Of a DNA stretch of 63,777 nucleotides, positions 61,037 to 63,777 are shown in pieces. Every line of letters starts with the position of its first letter. Position 1 is the first letter of the stretch. The stretch comes from Octopus bimaculoides. Taxonomy: Eukaryota. The stretch lies in NCBI RefSeq assembly GCF_001194135.2, contig NC_069005.1:1591601-1655377 (forward strand), written 5' to 3'. Both the position numbers and the translations under genes were made by a program. The notes under the pieces were generated by a model. That model worked only from the letters and a program-made list of their open reading frames with translations. It made no database searches and was not told where the DNA came from.

Positions 61037-61948
61037 GTTGTGTGTGTGTGGTAGCTCTCAGGGACATTTTAGGTTACCACTAACCAAATAAGGTCATAAT
61101 GAGCGTCGATGATCACTCGGTGTTAGCAATCACGCAGTAATTCTTCTGTTGGATAACTTCGTGTTCGCTTCACTGGGTTATGAATATTTTCTGGAGTGTA
61201 GATTTCAAATAATTACGAAGAATACAGAGACTGGTACATCCTTAAATTCCTCTGACATACACACCTACATACACACCTACATACATGTATGTATGTATGT
61301 ATATAATGGAACAAAAATGCAATAGAGGACGATAAAAATATATTGGAGAAAGCTGCTTATTAATTTGGTATGTAACAATTACTAAAAGTACTAAAAAGAA
61401 AAGCAATATTAACAGCTTGACCGTCTGGAAATATTTTTGTGAATTTATGTTATAAGAAATTTCCTATAATTTCGATTTCTGACGTTTATTGAATTTTTTT
61501 AAACTCCAAATTCTCGCAAATTTAAATATTCATTGCATTCACTGCGTCCGATTCTTCATAAATTTAAATTTTCATTGCATTTACTGCGGAGTAGATTTTA
61601 ATGTTTAATAATAAACACTATTAAATCGTTGCAGGCAACATTTTACGTTTTTATTTGCAAAAGTCTCTCGTTCTCGCTCGCCTCTATTTTCATTAATGGT
61701 AATTTAATAGTAGCGATATAACTTTGATACGAGACTCAATTTCAAGAATATTGTCAGTTTCCGGAGTTTGTTAAATGAATATTTTTGATAAAATGAAAAG
61801 AGAGATTAATGACTGATAAAACAATGAAAGCAATATTTACTAAGCAAGTGAGCACTATTATACAAAGAAATAATTAGACGTAGAATTTCATGAAAATTAT
61901 TAGAATTGGGAATCAAATGTGGAAATATTATCGAGTGATTAGGAAAAA

Positions 61949-61977
61949 ACCGCCCGGAGGGCGGTCTTTCTGTTAGT
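61949..61977 (+). mobile_element. Possible Helitron 3' terminus of a non-autonomous element
   Basis: Hairpin ACCGCCC-GGA-GGGCGGT followed by TTAG|T (CTAG-like) next to a (TA/TATG)n tract. Confidence 0.4.
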
Positions 61978-62524
61978 ACATGTAATGCAATATATGTATG
62001 TATGTATGTATGTATGTATATATGTATGTATATGTTGTTTATATATGTTGTTTATATATGTATGTTTGTATGTATGTATGTATGTTTTTCTGTTGAGTTG
62101 TAATAAAAACAGTTTAATATTAATCTGACGAATTACTCAATAATTTTTTTGTAGAGGAAATATTTAATGTTTTTACAAGAAGAGTAAATAATATTCCTTT
62201 TGATGTCTCGACAAATTGTGTTTCTGGGGCAAGTGAAACAATGTGAACGAATAATTAAGCTTGATGTATGTATATCTGGACAGCAGATGAATAGAAAGTG
62301 GGGACGGAAGGTAAGAGAGGACGTTCGCTCATAGGGTGTAAATTTGGTAGGAAGATTTTGAATTGGAAGTAATTGTTGTGTTATTGTTTAGAGTTCCGTG
62401 AAGCGTGGAAATAACTTGGTAAATAGACGTGTCCAATTTAAATATATCACATTCAGATCATAACATTGTAGAAAGTTTGGCCTATGTTAATCGGTCGCCC
62501 AGCAGATGTCTACGTTGGAATTCC

Positions 62525-62555
<31 letters not shown>

Positions 62556-63614
62556 GGCAGCTCCTGGGTGTTTCTGGTTAGTTTTCAGCGTCGTGATTTG
62601 TATTCTTTTATTCTTTTACTTGTTTGAGTCATGTGAACTGCGGCCATGCTGGAGCATTCGGAGTTTTCTTTCCTCGGTCGAGTTCCAGATCATCATTGCA
62701 ATTTCGGCTGGTTATATATATATATTCTTTTAGTCTCTTATTTGTTTCAGTCATTTGACTGTTGCCAAGCTGGAGCACCGCCTTTACTGGAACAAATCGA
62801 CCCCAGGGCTTATTCTCTGTAAGCATAGTACTTATTCTATCAGTCTCTATTGCCGAACCGTTATGTTACGGGGACGAAAACACATTAACATCGGTTGTCA
62901 AGCGATGGTGAAGGAACAAACATATATATACATATATATATATATATATANNNNNNNNNNNNNNNNNNNNNATACGACTGGCTTCTTTCAGTTTCCGTCA
63001 ACCAAATCCACTCACAAGGCTTTCGTCGGCCCGAGGTTATAGTAGTAGACACTTGCCGAAGGTGCCATGCAGTGGGACTGAACCCGGAACCATGTGGTTG
63101 GTAAGCAAGCTTCTTACCACATAACCACATCTGTATACGTGGCTCTCTGCCGGTTATGACGACGAGTGTTCCAGTTAATCCGGTCATTGGAACAGCCTAC
63201 TCGTGAAGTTAAAAGTGGCTGAGCACTCCGCAGACACATGTACTCTAAAGGTAGTTCTTGAGGAGATCCAGCACGAGACAGAATGTGACAAGGTTGGCCC
63301 CTTTAAAATACGGGTACTACTCATTTTTGCCAGGTGGTTGCACCGGAGTTAGGTGAAATAAAGTGTCTTGCTCAAGAACACAAAGCATAGCCGGGAATCG
63401 AATTCACGGTCTGACGATAGTGGGTTGTATATTCGAACCCCTGAGCTATATATGCATAGACATACATATTAGGGTATGTATGTGTAGGTCTGTATGTATA
63501 GGGTTGGTAAATGGATGAATAAACAGGCCGGTGCTAATGTGTGCGTGCGTGCGTGTGTGTGTGCGTGTGCGTGTGTGTGCGTGTGCGTGTGCGCGTGCGT
63601 GTGTGTGTATGTTA

Positions 63615-63679
63615 ATAGACAGACAGACAGACTGGTCGATAGATAGATAGATAGATAGATAGACAGACAGACTGCTCGA

Positions 63680-63729
<50 letters not shown>

Positions 63730-63733
63730 GGTC

Positions 63734-63777
<44 letters not shown>
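63615..63777. repeat. (GATA)n/(GACA)n microsatellite, preceded by a (GT/GCGT)n tract
   Basis: Direct reading. Confidence 0.98.

Noticed and set aside
32526-63104. Long ORFs in the supplied track (e.g. 44197-45435, 50080-51003, 51493-52560, 55364-55853)
   Set aside because: Artefacts of N-gaps and di/tri-nucleotide microsatellites.

Overview
AT-rich, microsatellite-rich animal genomic DNA with 14 N-gaps. The repeat landscape looks like a coleoid cephalopod, most likely Octopus (inference). I can reconstruct two spliced protein-coding genes by hand, arranged head-to-head with about 840 bp between their ATGs. RPA1 (RPA70) has its first three exons on the minus strand (2487 down to 128) and runs off the left edge. 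NF2/merlin is on the plus strand (3330-32055): 14 coding exons with clean GT-AG boundaries and consistent phases, the merlin Blue box YQMTPEM and the RVAFFEEL C-terminus. One phase 2-to-0 exon is missing, probably in the gap at 20185-20373. The ORF track is mostly noise and misses both genes. From 32.5 kb to the end I found no recognisable host gene, only SINE arrays and remnants of RTE and Tx1/L1 LINEs, mariner/Tc1/pogo, hAT MITEs, Helitrons and Penelope-like elements. The most interesting signals are: (1) several type-I hammerhead ribozyme motifs of the minimal Penelope style, one on the sense strand of NF2 intron 5 and a head-to-head pair forming a 260-bp palindrome; (2) three merlin codons where A-to-I editing would restore the conserved residue; (3) inverted SINE pairs bracketing merlin exons; (4) a CpG-retaining island inside an otherwise CpG-depleted gene body; (5) an E2F/YY1 element in the shared promoter. 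All alignments and folds were done by eye and family names come from recalled consensus motifs; no database search was run.
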